A DNA stretch of 64,000 bases from an uncultured Rickettsia sp. (lineage in GTDB: Bacteria; Pseudomonadota; Alphaproteobacteria; Rickettsiales; JABSSG01), in assembly GCA_964515755.1 (NCBI GenBank), contig CAZEVK010000001.1:962-64961 (forward strand), in the 5' to 3' direction. Below are positions 8,921-19,408 of the stretch, one piece after another. The stretch's first letter is position 1; each line of letters opens with the position of its first letter. The position numbers and the translations under genes are program-made. Under the pieces are notes generated by a model. It was not told the origin of the DNA, searched no databases, and saw only the letters and a list, made by a program, of their open reading frames with translations.

Positions 8921-10915
8921 ATGCAAAAAAATAAATTATTTGATAAAGTTCTAATTGCCAATCGAGGTGAAATCGCTGTACGAATAATAAAAACATTAAA
9001 AAAATTAGGTATAAAATCAGTTGCAGTATACTCAGAAGCCGATACTAACTCTTTACATGTTAGCATGGCTGATGAAGCAATTTTTATAGGCAACTCTCCA
9101 GCAACAGATAGTTATTTATCAATTCCTCATATTATTTCTGCTATTAGACAAACTGGTGCGCAAGCTGTGCATCCCGGTTATGGCTTCTTGTCAGAAAATT
9201 ATGCTTTTGCTTCAGCTTTACGCGATGAAAATGTAACTTTACTCGGCCCAAGTCCGGAAGCAATAAAATCAATGGGTGATAAAATTGAAGCAAAAAAACT
9301 TGCTGAAAAAGCTGGAGTAAACACTGTTCCTGGCTATCTTGGAGTAATCAAAGATGCTAAAACTGCTTCTAAAATTGCCCAAAAACTTGGTTTTCCTGTA
9401 ATGGTTAAAGCTGCCGCAGGTGGTGGTGGTAAAGGCATGAGAGTAGTAAGAAATGTTGAAGAAATGGTTGATTCCTTTTCGTCAGCATCAAATGAGGCTA
9501 GAAATAATTTTAGTGATGCACGTGTTTTTCTAGAAAAATTTATTGAAAATCCACGTCATATTGAAATTCAAATATTAGCAGACAAATTTGGCAATGTTGT
9601 GTGTATCGGCGAACGTGAATGCTCTATTCAGCGCCATCATCAAAAAGTAATTGAAGAGGCGCCAAGCCCTTTTATCAGCGATAAAACTCGTAAAGAAATG
9701 TATAAACAATCGATAAAGCTGGTAAAAAAAATCGGCTATTACTCCGTTGGTACAGTTGAGTTTATAGTTGATAAAAAACAAAATTTCTATTTTATGGAAA
9801 TGAATACTAGATTGCAGGTAGAGCATTGTGTAACTGAGCTTGTATACGATCTTGATCTAGTTGAGCAAATGCTCATAGTCGCAGCTGGTGAAAAAATTAC
9901 AATAAAACAATCTGATTTAAAACCAAATGGTTGGGCAATAGAATCAAGAATTTGCTCAGAAGACCCTGCCCGTAAATTCTTACCATCCAGTGGACGTATT
10001 ACTCAATATCAAGAACCCCCAAAAAATTCAAAAATTAGAGTAGATAGTGGTATTTCTGAAGGCGGTGAAGTAAGCATGTTTTACGATCAAATGGTCTCGA
10101 AATTATGTACACATGCTCCCACAAGACCTGAAGCAATTGAACTAATGCGAAAAGCTTTAAGTGAATATATAATTCTAGGAATATCACATAATATAAGCTT
10201 TCTTGAAGCAATTATGCAAAATCCGCGTTTCGTTGAAGGCAATTTCTCTACCAGCTTCATAGCGGAAGAATATCCTGATGGGTTTTTAGGAGCGGAAATC
10301 AATTCTGAAATTACATTGGCTTTTATCGGAGTTGCAATTCATATACATATGACCGAAGCAATTCGTGCAGCATCAATTATTAATGATCGTGCTAGAACTG
10401 TCGGTACACGTTGGGTAGTAAATATAGATAATGAGTCATATCCTGTTATTATAAAACCGGTAACTAATGGTTATAATATTCGTTATGAAAGAAATCGAAT
10501 TTATGTACGTAGTAATTGGAATATGGGAGCAACTTTGTTCCGTGGACAAGTTAACAATAAAAACGTTAATGTTCGTATAGAAAGCATACTAAATAACTAT
10601 AAACTTACTTATGCTGGACGAGAAGTTATCGCAAGTATCAAGTCACCTAGAGTAGCAGAATTAGAACAATTCATGCCAATCAGAAATAAAAATAAAGCTC
10701 AACCAGCGCTTACTGCTCCTCTTTCAGGAATGGTAGTAAAAGTATTTGTGAAGCCAGGCGAAGAAGTGAAAGCTGGTCAAAGATTATTAATCATTGAAGC
10801 AATGAAAATGGAAAATATAATCTGTGCCGAACATACAGCAAAAATATCCTCAATAAATGTTACAGAGAAAGAACAAGTAGCTGTTGGAACAGTGGTAATT
10901 GAGTTTGAGGTTTAA
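8921..10915 (+). CDS. pccA: Propionyl-CoA carboxylase alpha subunit (biotin carboxylase + BCCP domain)
   Basis: KVLIANRGEIAVRII, ATP-grasp GGGGKGMRVV and the biotinyl-lysine motif IEAMKMEN near the C-terminus. ATG at 8921 is preferred over the TTG at 8909 used by the track. Confidence 0.9.
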   Translation: MQKNKLFDKVLIANRGEIAVRIIKTLKKLGIKSVAVYSEADTNSLHVSMADEAIFIGNSPATDSYLSIPHIISAIRQTGAQAVHPGYGFLSENYAFASALRDENVTLLGPSPEAIKSMGDKIEAKKLAEKAGVNTVPGYLGVIKDAKTASKIAQKLGFPVMVKAAAGGGGKGMRVVRNVEEMVDSFSSASNEARNNFSDARVFLEKFIENPRHIEIQILADKFGNVVCIGERECSIQRHHQKVIEEAPSPFISDKTRKEMYKQSIKLVKKIGYYSVGTVEFIVDKKQNFYFMEMNTRLQVEHCVTELVYDLDLVEQMLIVAAGEKITIKQSDLKPNGWAIESRICSEDPARKFLPSSGRITQYQEPPKNSKIRVDSGISEGGEVSMFYDQMVSKLCTHAPTRPEAIELMRKALSEYIILGISHNISFLEAIMQNPRFVEGNFSTSFIAEEYPDGFLGAEINSEITLAFIGVAIHIHMTEAIRAASIINDRARTVGTRWVVNIDNESYPVIIKPVTNGYNIRYERNRIYVRSNWNMGATLFRGQVNNKNVNVRIESILNNYKLTYAGREVIASIKSPRVAELEQFMPIRNKNKAQPALTAPLSGMVVKVFVKPGEEVKAGQRLLIIEAMKMENIICAEHTAKISSINVTEKEQVAVGTVVIEFEV

Positions 10916-10942
10916 CTCTATACTAATAAAATTAGTTAACCT

Positions 10943-12760
10943 ATGTCAACACCGCCAGTATTGTACTTAAAAGATGTTAGCCTAAATATAGGCAAAGACG
11001 AACTATTTTCCGAAGTAAATCTCCAGTTATATAAAAATGAAAGAGTTTGCTTAGTTGGTAAGAATGGCTCAGGAAAATCTACTTTACTTAAAATAATTGC
11101 AAACTTGGTTGAAGCAAGTAATGGTGAAATTTTTATTCAACCAGGACTAAAAGTTGGATACTTGCCGCAAATCACAACTTTTTCTGAAAATCAAACTATC
11201 TATCAATATGTCTTAAATAACAAAAACACTGAACAAAATAAATATCAGGCAGATATAATTTTAGAAAAATTAAAAGTCCCAAATATAGGACTAATGAAAA
11301 ATTTATCAGGCGGAATGCAACGTCGCGCTTCTTTGGCTAGGTCTTTAATTGAAAATCCTGATATCGTGCTTCTCGACGAGCCTACTAATCATCTGGACAT
11401 CGAATCCATAATTTGGCTCGAACAATATTTAAACCAATATAAAGGTAGTGTTATTTGCATTAGCCATGATCGACGCTTTTTAGACAATATTTCTAATAAA
11501 GTTTGGTGGTTATATAATCGACAAATACAAACTAATAACAAGGGTTTTAAATTCTTTGATGAATGGGCAGATTTCATAATCCAACAGCAAGTAGCATCAG
11601 TAAAAAAATTACATCAGCAATTAGATACTGAAAATTCCTGGTTAGCCTATGGAGTCACTGCTCGCAGAAAGCGAAATCAAGGCCGGTTAGAGAAATTATT
11701 TCAATTACGAGCTAAACTTAAAAATGAAACTATTGAATTAAACAAACAAAATCAAACTTTAAAAATTAGTGAATTAAGCAAAAAAAATAATGCTAAAATT
11801 GTGCTTGAGATGAATAATGTGTCTCTTAACTTTACTCAAGGTCAACAAACTAAAAAAATTCTAAACAATTTTTCTATTAAAATTATAAAAGGTGAACGCA
11901 TCGGTATCATTGGTGCAAATGGTAGTGGTAAATCTAGCTTTTTAAAATTAATTACAGGTGAGCTTAAGCCAGACACCGGCAAAATCAAATTAGGAGCAAA
12001 TTTAGAAATTTCTTACTTTGATCAAAACCTAAATTTACTTAACGCTGAAAAAACTTTGTGGGAAACATTATGTCCAAATGGCGGTGATCAAGTTAAACTT
12101 AGTGACCATTACATGCATGTAGTTGCTTATCTTAAAAATTTTATGTTTGATTCTAAGCAAGCACATTCACCTGTTTCAAGTCTATCAGGTGGTGAAACCA
12201 GTAGACTATTACTAGCAAAAATTTTAGCAGACCCAGGAAATTTTTTAATTTTCGATGAACCAACAAATGATCTCGATATGGATACACTAGACATTCTAGA
12301 GGAATTGCTTACTAACAGTAAAAGCACAATGCTGATTGTTAGCCATGATCGGGATTTTTTAGATCGCATTACCACTAGAAGCTTAGTGTTTAAAGGAGAT
12401 GCTGAAATTACTGATTATTTTGGCGGTTACACTGACTATCAAGATTTTCAAAAAATTAATTTAGCTAAATCTAAAAATTCTACTAAACCTCCACAAATTG
12501 AAGCCGAAAAAATAAAAGCCAATAATAAATTGACTTATAATCTACAGCGCGAACTAGATTTGCTGCCTGAAAAAATTGATAAAATAACCATAGAAATTGA
12601 ACATTTTAATCAAATTTTAGCCGATCCTGATTTATTTGATAAAAACCCTAATCTCTTTGATCAAACAATTAAAAAATTTGAACAAAAGAAAAATGAACTC
12701 GAACAATCTGAACAAAGATGGCTAGAACTTGCTGAAATGGATGAGCAAATTAAAAAATAA
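10943..12760 (+). CDS. uup: ABC-F family ATPase (Uup-like), two ABC cassettes plus a C-terminal coiled coil
   Basis: Two Walker A motifs (GKNGSGKST, GANGSGKSS), two LSGG signatures and no TM domain. Confidence 0.8.
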   Translation: MSTPPVLYLKDVSLNIGKDELFSEVNLQLYKNERVCLVGKNGSGKSTLLKIIANLVEASNGEIFIQPGLKVGYLPQITTFSENQTIYQYVLNNKNTEQNKYQADIILEKLKVPNIGLMKNLSGGMQRRASLARSLIENPDIVLLDEPTNHLDIESIIWLEQYLNQYKGSVICISHDRRFLDNISNKVWWLYNRQIQTNNKGFKFFDEWADFIIQQQVASVKKLHQQLDTENSWLAYGVTARRKRNQGRLEKLFQLRAKLKNETIELNKQNQTLKISELSKKNNAKIVLEMNNVSLNFTQGQQTKKILNNFSIKIIKGERIGIIGANGSGKSSFLKLITGELKPDTGKIKLGANLEISYFDQNLNLLNAEKTLWETLCPNGGDQVKLSDHYMHVVAYLKNFMFDSKQAHSPVSSLSGGETSRLLLAKILADPGNFLIFDEPTNDLDMDTLDILEELLTNSKSTMLIVSHDRDFLDRITTRSLVFKGDAEITDYFGGYTDYQDFQKINLAKSKNSTKPPQIEAEKIKANNKLTYNLQRELDLLPEKIDKITIEIEHFNQILADPDLFDKNPNLFDQTIKKFEQKKNELEQSEQRWLELAEMDEQIKK

Positions 12761-12854
12761 TTTTTAAGAATAATTTTTTATCATATCTTAACTTTTTCTT
12801 AATTACTTTATAGTATATTAAAATATAGTTAATAATTAAGATGAAGATAGTAAA

Positions 12855-13832
12855 ATGCCTACTCCTAGAGAAATTTTTAATAAAGCTCTTACTGCTGTTA
12901 AAGAAGAATCAACCTTTAAAGATAAAGTTGCTTCAGCTCAAATACAATTTGAAGAATCAATAAGCTTTCAAGAAGCAAAGAGAGATGCTGCTAGCGCGCA
13001 AAGAACTGCGTCGACAAGACAACAAAGAGTTTCTCAAAGAGAAACAAACAAACTTAGCCGCATAAAAGGTCAATTACCTGAGGCAGAAATCGCTCATAGA
13101 GCAGGATCACTTTCTGTTAGAGCTTCAGAACCATCTATAAACGCAGCAAGATCGATTAAAGAGGCTGCTAGATTAAGAATAATAGCTATCAAAGCTGCTA
13201 AAAGACTTTCAGATACGGAGCAAGAAATAAAAGCCATCGAAGCTGCTAAAAAATCAATTGAAGTAACTGCAGATAAAACAGCTGCCAAACTAGCTGATAG
13301 AGTTCTAGCAACTCAGCAGCAAAAGCTTGTTAGACTGAAAAAAGAAGTAACAAATACTGATAAAATAGCTTTGACTGCAGAAACTGCTGCAAATAACTTA
13401 CAAAAAACAGCTACTGGTTTACAAACAATAGCTGAAACTGCAGTAAAAGTTCCAACAGCTTTTACTGCTAGTCAAATAAATAAGACAGTTAATAAGCTGC
13501 AAGTAAAACCAGCAGAACCCCCTTCAAAAGGATTTTTTCAACAAGCAGGTGAATATATTAACAATGCAATTACTAGTTCAGTTACTAAAGTAAAAGATTT
13601 TTTTACGCCAAAACAACCTTCAGAAAAAGTAGCTCCTGCTCAATCCGCAACTACTACACCTAAACTAACTAAAAGTCAGACTTCTACCATTACCCCAAAA
13701 TTATCTAAAAAGCAGCAAGAACTAGCTAGCGTTCTTTCATCAAGCCCAGCTGTAAACCCAAATAATAGTTTAACACCAAGCTTAGTACCACGTAGAGAAA
13801 CAAAAGGTCAAGGTTCATCGCGCAGTGTTTGA
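12855..13832 (+). CDS. Hypothetical Ala/Gln/Lys-rich coiled-coil protein with a Ser/Thr/Pro-rich tail
   Basis: ORF only, no signal peptide. The tail contains TPKLTKSQTSTITPKLSKKQQ. Confidence 0.5.
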   Translation: MPTPREIFNKALTAVKEESTFKDKVASAQIQFEESISFQEAKRDAASAQRTASTRQQRVSQRETNKLSRIKGQLPEAEIAHRAGSLSVRASEPSINAARSIKEAARLRIIAIKAAKRLSDTEQEIKAIEAAKKSIEVTADKTAAKLADRVLATQQQKLVRLKKEVTNTDKIALTAETAANNLQKTATGLQTIAETAVKVPTAFTASQINKTVNKLQVKPAEPPSKGFFQQAGEYINNAITSSVTKVKDFFTPKQPSEKVAPAQSATTTPKLTKSQTSTITPKLSKKQQELASVLSSSPAVNPNNSLTPSLVPRRETKGQGSSRSV

Positions 13833-13946
13833 CCTATAGCTCTTACCTTTAATTTTGTTTCTATATGACAATGTTCAATTAATAAAAAATACATTGTAAA
13901 AAGTAATCCTTAAATAATTGCATTTTATAAAATTAAAATAGTTTAC

Positions 13947-13975
13947 TTGACAACAGTTGATATGTAAACCATAAT
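13947..13975 (+). promoter_or_regulatory. Sigma70-type promoter of the marR operon, flanked by a GTTTAC-N17-GTAAAC inverted repeat
   Basis: TTGACA (13947-13952), 17-nt spacer, CATAAT (13970-13975). The ATG is only 6 nt downstream. Inverted repeat arms at 13941-13946 and 13964-13969. Confidence 0.5.
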
Positions 13976-13981
13976 ACCTTT

Positions 13982-14437
13982 ATGGAAAAAAATTCGCATT
14001 TAAAAAAACATTTAGGATATTGGCTATCACGGCTGCAAACTCAAATTCATATAAGCTTTGAGCATAGGCTTAGCTTATATTCAATTAGTGTTGCACAATG
14101 GTGTATATTAATTTCTTTATATGATAAACAAGCTAACTCATTAATGAGCCTAGCTAAATATATAGAAGTTCATAAGTCAGCAATTTCTCGTGTTGTCGAG
14201 CAATTAGTAAAAAACTCTTTAGTTACAATTAACGATGGTGCAGATAAAAGAAGCCAAGTAATTACTTTAACTGAAAAATCTCAAAAGTTAGTTCCTCAGC
14301 TACTTGCTGAAGCTAACAAAAATGATGAATGGTATTTTAATTGTCTGAATGCTGATGAAATTAGCCAATTAAAATCAATCATAAAGAAAATGATTGGCTA
14401 CAAAACTAAAATAAACTTAAATAACTTTATGGAGTAA
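13982..14437 (+). CDS. MarR-family transcriptional regulator
   Basis: 151 aa with a winged-HTH layout (SVAQWCILISL...LAKYIEVHKSAISRVVEQLVKNSLV...DKRSQVITLTEK). Confidence 0.8.
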   Translation: MEKNSHLKKHLGYWLSRLQTQIHISFEHRLSLYSISVAQWCILISLYDKQANSLMSLAKYIEVHKSAISRVVEQLVKNSLVTINDGADKRSQVITLTEKSQKLVPQLLAEANKNDEWYFNCLNADEISQLKSIIKKMIGYKTKINLNNFME

Positions 14438-14440
14438 AAA

Positions 14441-14863
14441 ATGTCAAAAAAAGAACAAATACTAAAATTACTAGAAGAAGCAAAAGCTAATAAATGGTAT
14501 TATCCAAAAACTTTTGCTAAATTAAAATCTCTAGGAGTTATACGTTATGAAGTTTCTTGGAATGACGGATATAAAGCATTTTATTTTCTGGAACAAGAAA
14601 ATTTTCAAGAATTAACAAAAGACAGTTTATCTATCCAAACACCAGTATCAAATACATATCAAGAATCACAGGCAAAACAAGCATTATACGAGCATCAACA
14701 AGGTAAAACAGACTTTTTCACTTTACTAATCCAACTTGCTGAATTTGGAATTTCACACAATATAGTAAATATGGATGAAAACACTGTTACTTATTGCAGC
14801 ATAAATAATAAACACTCATTTGTTGAAAATGTTCCAAAATTTAAGGATGAGAATGATGAATAA
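14441..14863 (+). CDS. DUF1398 (YbcV-like) family protein
   Basis: Two-repeat pattern: YPKTFAKLKSLGVIRYEV...Y and HQQGKTDFFTLLIQLAEFGISHNIV...TY. Confidence 0.5.
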   Translation: MSKKEQILKLLEEAKANKWYYPKTFAKLKSLGVIRYEVSWNDGYKAFYFLEQENFQELTKDSLSIQTPVSNTYQESQAKQALYEHQQGKTDFFTLLIQLAEFGISHNIVNMDENTVTYCSINNKHSFVENVPKFKDENDE

Positions 14864-15548
14864 TAATTTTATTGATCAAATCGAGCATAATCTTAAGAGC
14901 GTAGCAGATAGTAATATAGGAGCTGCTAAGGCTCAATATATGAAAAACCAATTTCCTTTTTTAGGAATACCTTTTTCAACTAGAAGAGATATCGTTAAAG
15001 GTATGATGCAAGATATATCTAATTTAGACATTATGCTAATTTTAGATTCTATAAAAATATTATGGGACAAAGAACATCGTGAATATCAATATGTTGCTTT
15101 AGATATCTTGAAGGTATGTATCAGAAAATGCAAATTAGAGCATATAAATTCTTTACTTGAGCTGGTAAAACAAAAGTCGTGGTGGGATAGTGTTGATGAG
15201 TTGGCTAAAATTATTAATAAAATTATTTATAATAATATAAAAGAAATCGAACAATGCCAAAAGCTCACTGATGAAGCTATACTGCATCCTAATTTATGGA
15301 TACGCAGAGTCGCCCTTTTACACCAATTAGGTTGGAAAAACGAAACCAATACTGAGCTTTTATTTCATTACATACTTCTCACTGCTCACGAAAAAGATTT
15401 TTTTATCCGTAAAGCAATCGGTTGGGCACTTAGGGATTACGCTAAACATAATCGCTTGGCAGTTTATGAGTTTGCTGATGCTAACAAAAAAATATTATCA
15501 GGATTAAGTTATAGAGAAGCTACAAAGCATAGAGCAATTTCTTATTAG
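14847..15548 (+). CDS. DNA alkylation repair protein (AlkD/YhaZ-like HEAT-repeat glycosylase family)
   Basis: KAQYMKNQFPFLGI, WWDSVD, WIRRVALLHQL and FFIRKAIGWALRDYAK match the DNA_alkylation family. Start chosen at the ATG cluster overlapping the upstream stop. Confidence 0.7.
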   Translation: MRMMNNNFIDQIEHNLKSVADSNIGAAKAQYMKNQFPFLGIPFSTRRDIVKGMMQDISNLDIMLILDSIKILWDKEHREYQYVALDILKVCIRKCKLEHINSLLELVKQKSWWDSVDELAKIINKIIYNNIKEIEQCQKLTDEAILHPNLWIRRVALLHQLGWKNETNTELLFHYILLTAHEKDFFIRKAIGWALRDYAKHNRLAVYEFADANKKILSGLSYREATKHRAISY

Positions 15549-15632
15549 TAAAGAATACTCAATATTTCAGTAGTAATGCTGTTATTTGTAAATATTATTC
15601 ATAAGAAAGCGCTTTAAATATTCTAATTAGAT

Positions 15633-17081
15633 TTAAGAGAGCTTTTTCTTAAGGATATCATTTACAGCTTGAGGATTGAGTTTTCCCTCAGAGATTTTCA
15701 TTACCTGACCAACGAAGAAACCAAATAATTTATCCTTACCAGCGCGATATTCAGCAACATGAGTTGGGTTATCCTTGATAACTTGCTCAATAACCGCTTC
15801 AATAGCAGAAAGATCAGTAACTTGTTTCAACCCTTTACGTTCAACAATTATGCCGGCATCTTCACCAGTTTCAAACATAATCTCAAACACTTGCTTAGCC
15901 AATTTTCCTGAAAGAGTATTATCTTCAATCAGCTTAATCAAACCAATCATTTTATCAGCTGTTACTTTAGATTGATGAATCTCTAAATCTGCTTTATTTA
16001 GTTTTGCAAATAACTCAGCTGTAATCCAATTAGCTGATAACTTTGGATCAGCTTTTTGCGCCACCTGCTCAAAAAAATCTGCCACATCTTTATCAGCCGA
16101 TAAAACACTTGCATCATAAGGGCTTAAACCTAATTGCTCTACATAACGTTTCTTTTTACTATCAGGAAGCTCAGGTAAAGTTGCTCTAATCTTTTCAACA
16201 TATTCCGATTTTAACTTTAAAGGTAGTAAATCAGGATCCGGAAAATAACGATAATCATTAGCATTTTCTTTAGTGCGAATAGTTCTGGTAACACCGATAT
16301 TTGCATTAAATAATTTGGTCTCCTGATCAATCTTTCCACCTTCTTCTAATACTTCTATTTGTCGTTGAGTTTCATAATCAATTGCACGTATCACATTGCG
16401 AATTGAGTTAAGATTTTTGACCTCGCAACGTGAACCAAGAGGTTCACCTGGTCTTCTTACAGAAATATTAGCATCACAACGCATCGAGCCTTTTTCCATA
16501 TCCCCATCGCAAGTGCCAAGATAGCGTAAAATACCACGTAGTTTCTTCAAAAACTCACCTGCCTGAACACTTGACCTAATATCTGGCTCAGTAACAATTT
16601 CCATTAATGCAATACCGCAACGATTAAGGTCAATTAAACTTAAGGAAGGATGTTGATCATGCATACTTTTGCCAGCATCCTGCTCAAGATGTATTCTAGT
16701 TATTCCAACTTTAGTAGCGCGGCCATCAGGTAAATCAACCTCAATCACACCAGTACCAATAATTGGATAATAGAATTGTGAAATTTGGTAACCTTGCGGT
16801 AAGTCAGCATAAAAATAATTTTTACGATCAAAAACTGAAGTTAGATTTATTTGAGCATTAATCCCAAGACCAGTTCGAACAACCTGCTCAACACAGTATT
16901 CATTTAAAACCGGAAGCATGCCTGGCATAGCCGCATCAATTAATGATACTTGTGAATTAGGCTCTGCGCCAAAATTAGTTGCCGCCCCTGAGAATAATTT
17001 GCTTTTAGATGAAACCTGAGCATGAATCTCAAGCCCAATTACTACTTCCCATTTACCGGTTTTGCCATCAACTAAATCCAT
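15633..17081 (-). CDS. gatB: Asp/Glu-tRNA amidotransferase subunit B
   Basis: [23 protein letters not shown]..., full-length GatB. The true ATG at 17081 lies 1 nt after the gatA stop; the track ORF is an upstream extension. Confidence 0.92.
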   Translation of the reverse strand: MDLVDGKTGKWEVVIGLEIHAQVSSKSKLFSGAATNFGAEPNSQVSLIDAAMPGMLPVLNEYCVEQVVRTGLGINAQINLTSVFDRKNYFYADLPQGYQISQFYYPIIGTGVIEVDLPDGRATKVGITRIHLEQDAGKSMHDQHPSLSLIDLNRCGIALMEIVTEPDIRSSVQAGEFLKKLRGILRYLGTCDGDMEKGSMRCDANISVRRPGEPLGSRCEVKNLNSIRNVIRAIDYETQRQIEVLEEGGKIDQETKLFNANIGVTRTIRTKENANDYRYFPDPDLLPLKLKSEYVEKIRATLPELPDSKKKRYVEQLGLSPYDASVLSADKDVADFFEQVAQKADPKLSANWITAELFAKLNKADLEIHQSKVTADKMIGLIKLIEDNTLSGKLAKQVFEIMFETGEDAGIIVERKGLKQVTDLSAIEAVIEQVIKDNPTHVAEYRAGKDKLFGFFVGQVMKISEGKLNPQAVNDILKKKLS

Positions 17082-17082
17082 A

Positions 17083-18564
17083 TTAAAAGCCCCCCGGAAT
17101 CGCATTAAAGTTAATACAACGTTCAAGCTCAGATGCAACTCTGAATAATTTGGCCTCTTCAAAACGGTTAGTAATAAGTTGCAAACCAATCGGTAATTTT
17201 TTAGTAGTTAATCCACCAGGTATTGAGATGCATGGTAAACCAGCCATACTAGCCGGAATAGTAAACGTATCATTCAGGTACATTGCGATTGGGTCTTTCA
17301 TCGAAGGGCTATCAAGGCTAAACGCAGGCGTTGGAGTCACAGGAGTTAATAAAGCATCAACTTTAGCAAAAACATTGCTAAAATCATTGACAATTAGCCT
17401 TCGAACTTTTTGTGCTTTACTAAAATATGCATCATAAAAACCTGAAGATAATACATAGGTACCAATCATCAATCGACGAAAAACTTCACTACCAAAACCT
17501 TCACTTCTGGTACTCTCATACATTTCATCTAAAGTTGCAACTTTATCACTAGAACGAAAACCGTAACGTACACCGTCATAACGAGCTAAATTGGATGAAG
17601 CCTCAGCTGGCGCAATAACATAGTAAGCTGCCACACCGTATTTAGTGTTAGGCAAACTAACTTCAATTACCTCAGCACCTTCTGCTTTTAAAACGTCTTC
17701 AGCATGTTGCCATAATTTTGCAATTTCAGGATCAAGATGATCGCTGCGATATTCTTTAGGAATACCAATTTTCAAGCCTTTTACACTTGTATGCATCGCT
17801 TCCAATAGGTCGGGAACAGGTAGGTTTGCTGAAGTTGAGTCTTTAGCATCATGCCCCATGACTATTTGAGAAACTAAAGCCGTATCCGATACAGTTCTTG
17901 CAAAAATCCCCGGTTGATCGAGAGAACTAGCAAAGGATATAACACCATAACGTGAACATCTACCATAAGACGGTTTAAATCCAACTATTCCACAAAATGC
18001 TGCTGGTAAACGAATTGAACCGCCTGTATCAGTACCAGTTGCAGCCATTGACATACGCCCTGCTACTGCCGCTGCAGAACCACCTGAAGAACCTCCGGCA
18101 ACTAATTCTTTAGTACTACCTTCTTCTTTCCATGGATTAATTACTCCGCCAAAATAGCTAGTATAGTTGCTTGAGCCCATAGCAAATTCATCTAAGTTAG
18201 ATTTACCAACCATAACCGCACCAGCATCAAACAATTTATTTGTTACTGTTGATTCATAAGTTGGTACAAAATTCTCTAACATTTTTGATGCATTAGTAGT
18301 TTTGATTCCATTAGTGCAAAAAATATCTTTAATTGCTATTGGTATACCTTCTAAAACACCAGCAGTACCATTATTGATTTTAAAATCTGATTTTTTTGCT
18401 TGCTCAAGCGCATGTTCAGCAGTTTCAGTAATAAATGCGTTAAGACCACGATGAGTCTCCATAGCTTTGAGATGAGCTTGAGTTAATTCAACCGCGGAAA
18501 ATTCGCGTGCGTCTAGGCCTTCTTTAGCTTGTATAATTGTTAAGTTAGTTAATGATGAGGTCAT
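17083..18564 (-). CDS. gatA: Asp/Glu-tRNA amidotransferase subunit A
   Basis: Amidase signature [12 protein letters not shown] ... [12 protein letters not shown]. Confidence 0.92.
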   Translation of the reverse strand: MTSSLTNLTIIQAKEGLDAREFSAVELTQAHLKAMETHRGLNAFITETAEHALEQAKKSDFKINNGTAGVLEGIPIAIKDIFCTNGIKTTNASKMLENFVPTYESTVTNKLFDAGAVMVGKSNLDEFAMGSSNYTSYFGGVINPWKEEGSTKELVAGGSSGGSAAAVAGRMSMAATGTDTGGSIRLPAAFCGIVGFKPSYGRCSRYGVISFASSLDQPGIFARTVSDTALVSQIVMGHDAKDSTSANLPVPDLLEAMHTSVKGLKIGIPKEYRSDHLDPEIAKLWQHAEDVLKAEGAEVIEVSLPNTKYGVAAYYVIAPAEASSNLARYDGVRYGFRSSDKVATLDEMYESTRSEGFGSEVFRRLMIGTYVLSSGFYDAYFSKAQKVRRLIVNDFSNVFAKVDALLTPVTPTPAFSLDSPSMKDPIAMYLNDTFTIPASMAGLPCISIPGGLTTKKLPIGLQLITNRFEEAKLFRVASELERCINFNAIPGGF

Positions 18565-18848
18565 TATTCTATCACCTTTGGCACTGCAAAATGCCTATAT
18601 AACTCACTCGGAGCGTTAGCAAAAATGTCATTAAGATTACCATCTGTAACTTCGTCTTTGCGCATCGGCAATTCAAATTCATTAACATTAATGACAGGTG
18701 CTAAACCTTCAGTATTAACTGATTGTAAGCTATTAATGACATCAATAATTTTATTTAATTCAACAATGTAAGTTTCAATCTTTTCTTCCGGAATACGTAG
18801 CCGCGCCAACTTTGCTGTAGCTAAAACTTCAACTTTAGTAATAGACAT
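18564..18848 (-). CDS. gatC: Asp/Glu-tRNA amidotransferase subunit C
   Basis: 94 aa with a VEVLATAKLARLRIPEEK start. Its stop overlaps the gatA ATG (ATGA). Confidence 0.85.
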   Translation of the reverse strand: MSITKVEVLATAKLARLRIPEEKIETYIVELNKIIDVINSLQSVNTEGLAPVINVNEFELPMRKDEVTDGNLNDIFANAPSELYRHFAVPKVIE

Positions 18849-19013
18849 AAATAACCACTAATAATAAAGGTTACAAACTAGAATATTTAAAATAAATATT
18901 CAAGCAATAATTTCACTGAAAAAATGATTGAACTATAAATGTTAGAAGTTAGTTCAAATGAAACTATAAAGTATAAACTAAAATGAGATAATCCAACTTC
19001 ATATTTTAAGCAC

Positions 19014-19042
19014 TTGACACTTTCATATTAATGTACTAGCAT
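19014..19042 (+). promoter_or_regulatory. Sigma70-type promoter of the trpR-like gene
   Basis: TTGACA (19014-19019), 17-nt spacer, TAGCAT (19037-19042). The -10 lies inside the operator palindrome. Confidence 0.45.
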
Positions 19043-19058
19043 ACTAGTACATTAATAT
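19025..19058. promoter_or_regulatory. TrpR-type operator: perfect 15-bp inverted repeat with core TGTACTAG-CATA-CTAGTACA
   Basis: ATATTAATGTACTAG cata CTAGTACATTAATAT. The core arms and 4-bp spacing equal the symmetrised E. coli trp operator TGTACTAG-TTAA-CTAGTACA. Confidence 0.7.
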
Positions 19059-19072
19059 AACTAGGAGGACAT

Positions 19073-19408
19073 ATGGAAGACGATCATCATAAAAGCATTT
19101 ATGATTTGTGCGAAGCCCTTCTACTTCTTGACACAAGAGATGAAGCATATAACTTTCTAAAAGATTTATGTACTCCGCAAGAATTACTGGCACTAGCCGA
19201 AAGATGGCGCGTTTGTAAATTACTTGAAAAGGGAAATCACTCTTATAGAGATATTCACACAATTACAAAAGCAAGCTTAACTACTATTGGTAGGGTAGCA
19301 AGATTTTTAAAAAATGAGCCATATCATGGCTATTTGACAATATTAAATAAAATAAGGAATAAAGAAAATGGTGAGCAACATAAATTACGCAACAAAAAAC
19401 TACTATGA
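19073..19408 (+). CDS. TrpR-related YerC/YecD family DNA-binding protein
   Basis: FLKDLCTPQELLALAERWRVCKLLEKGNHSYRDIHTITKASLTTIGRVARFLK aligns with the TrpR HTH region. RBS AGGAGG lies upstream. Confidence 0.8.
   Translation: MEDDHHKSIYDLCEALLLLDTRDEAYNFLKDLCTPQELLALAERWRVCKLLEKGNHSYRDIHTITKASLTTIGRVARFLKNEPYHGYLTILNKIRNKENGEQHKLRNKKLL

Noticed and set aside
15633-17189. N-terminal extensions in the ORF track (gatB to 17189, uvrC to 50273, nadK from 50480, PLD to 43782, thyX to 44747, surA to 58090, TIR to 26007, pccA from 8909).
   Set aside because: The extensions begin at TTG/GTG codons, overlap upstream genes or lack an RBS, and add non-conserved residues. An internal ATG with an RBS, or with the conserved N-terminus, was chosen instead.
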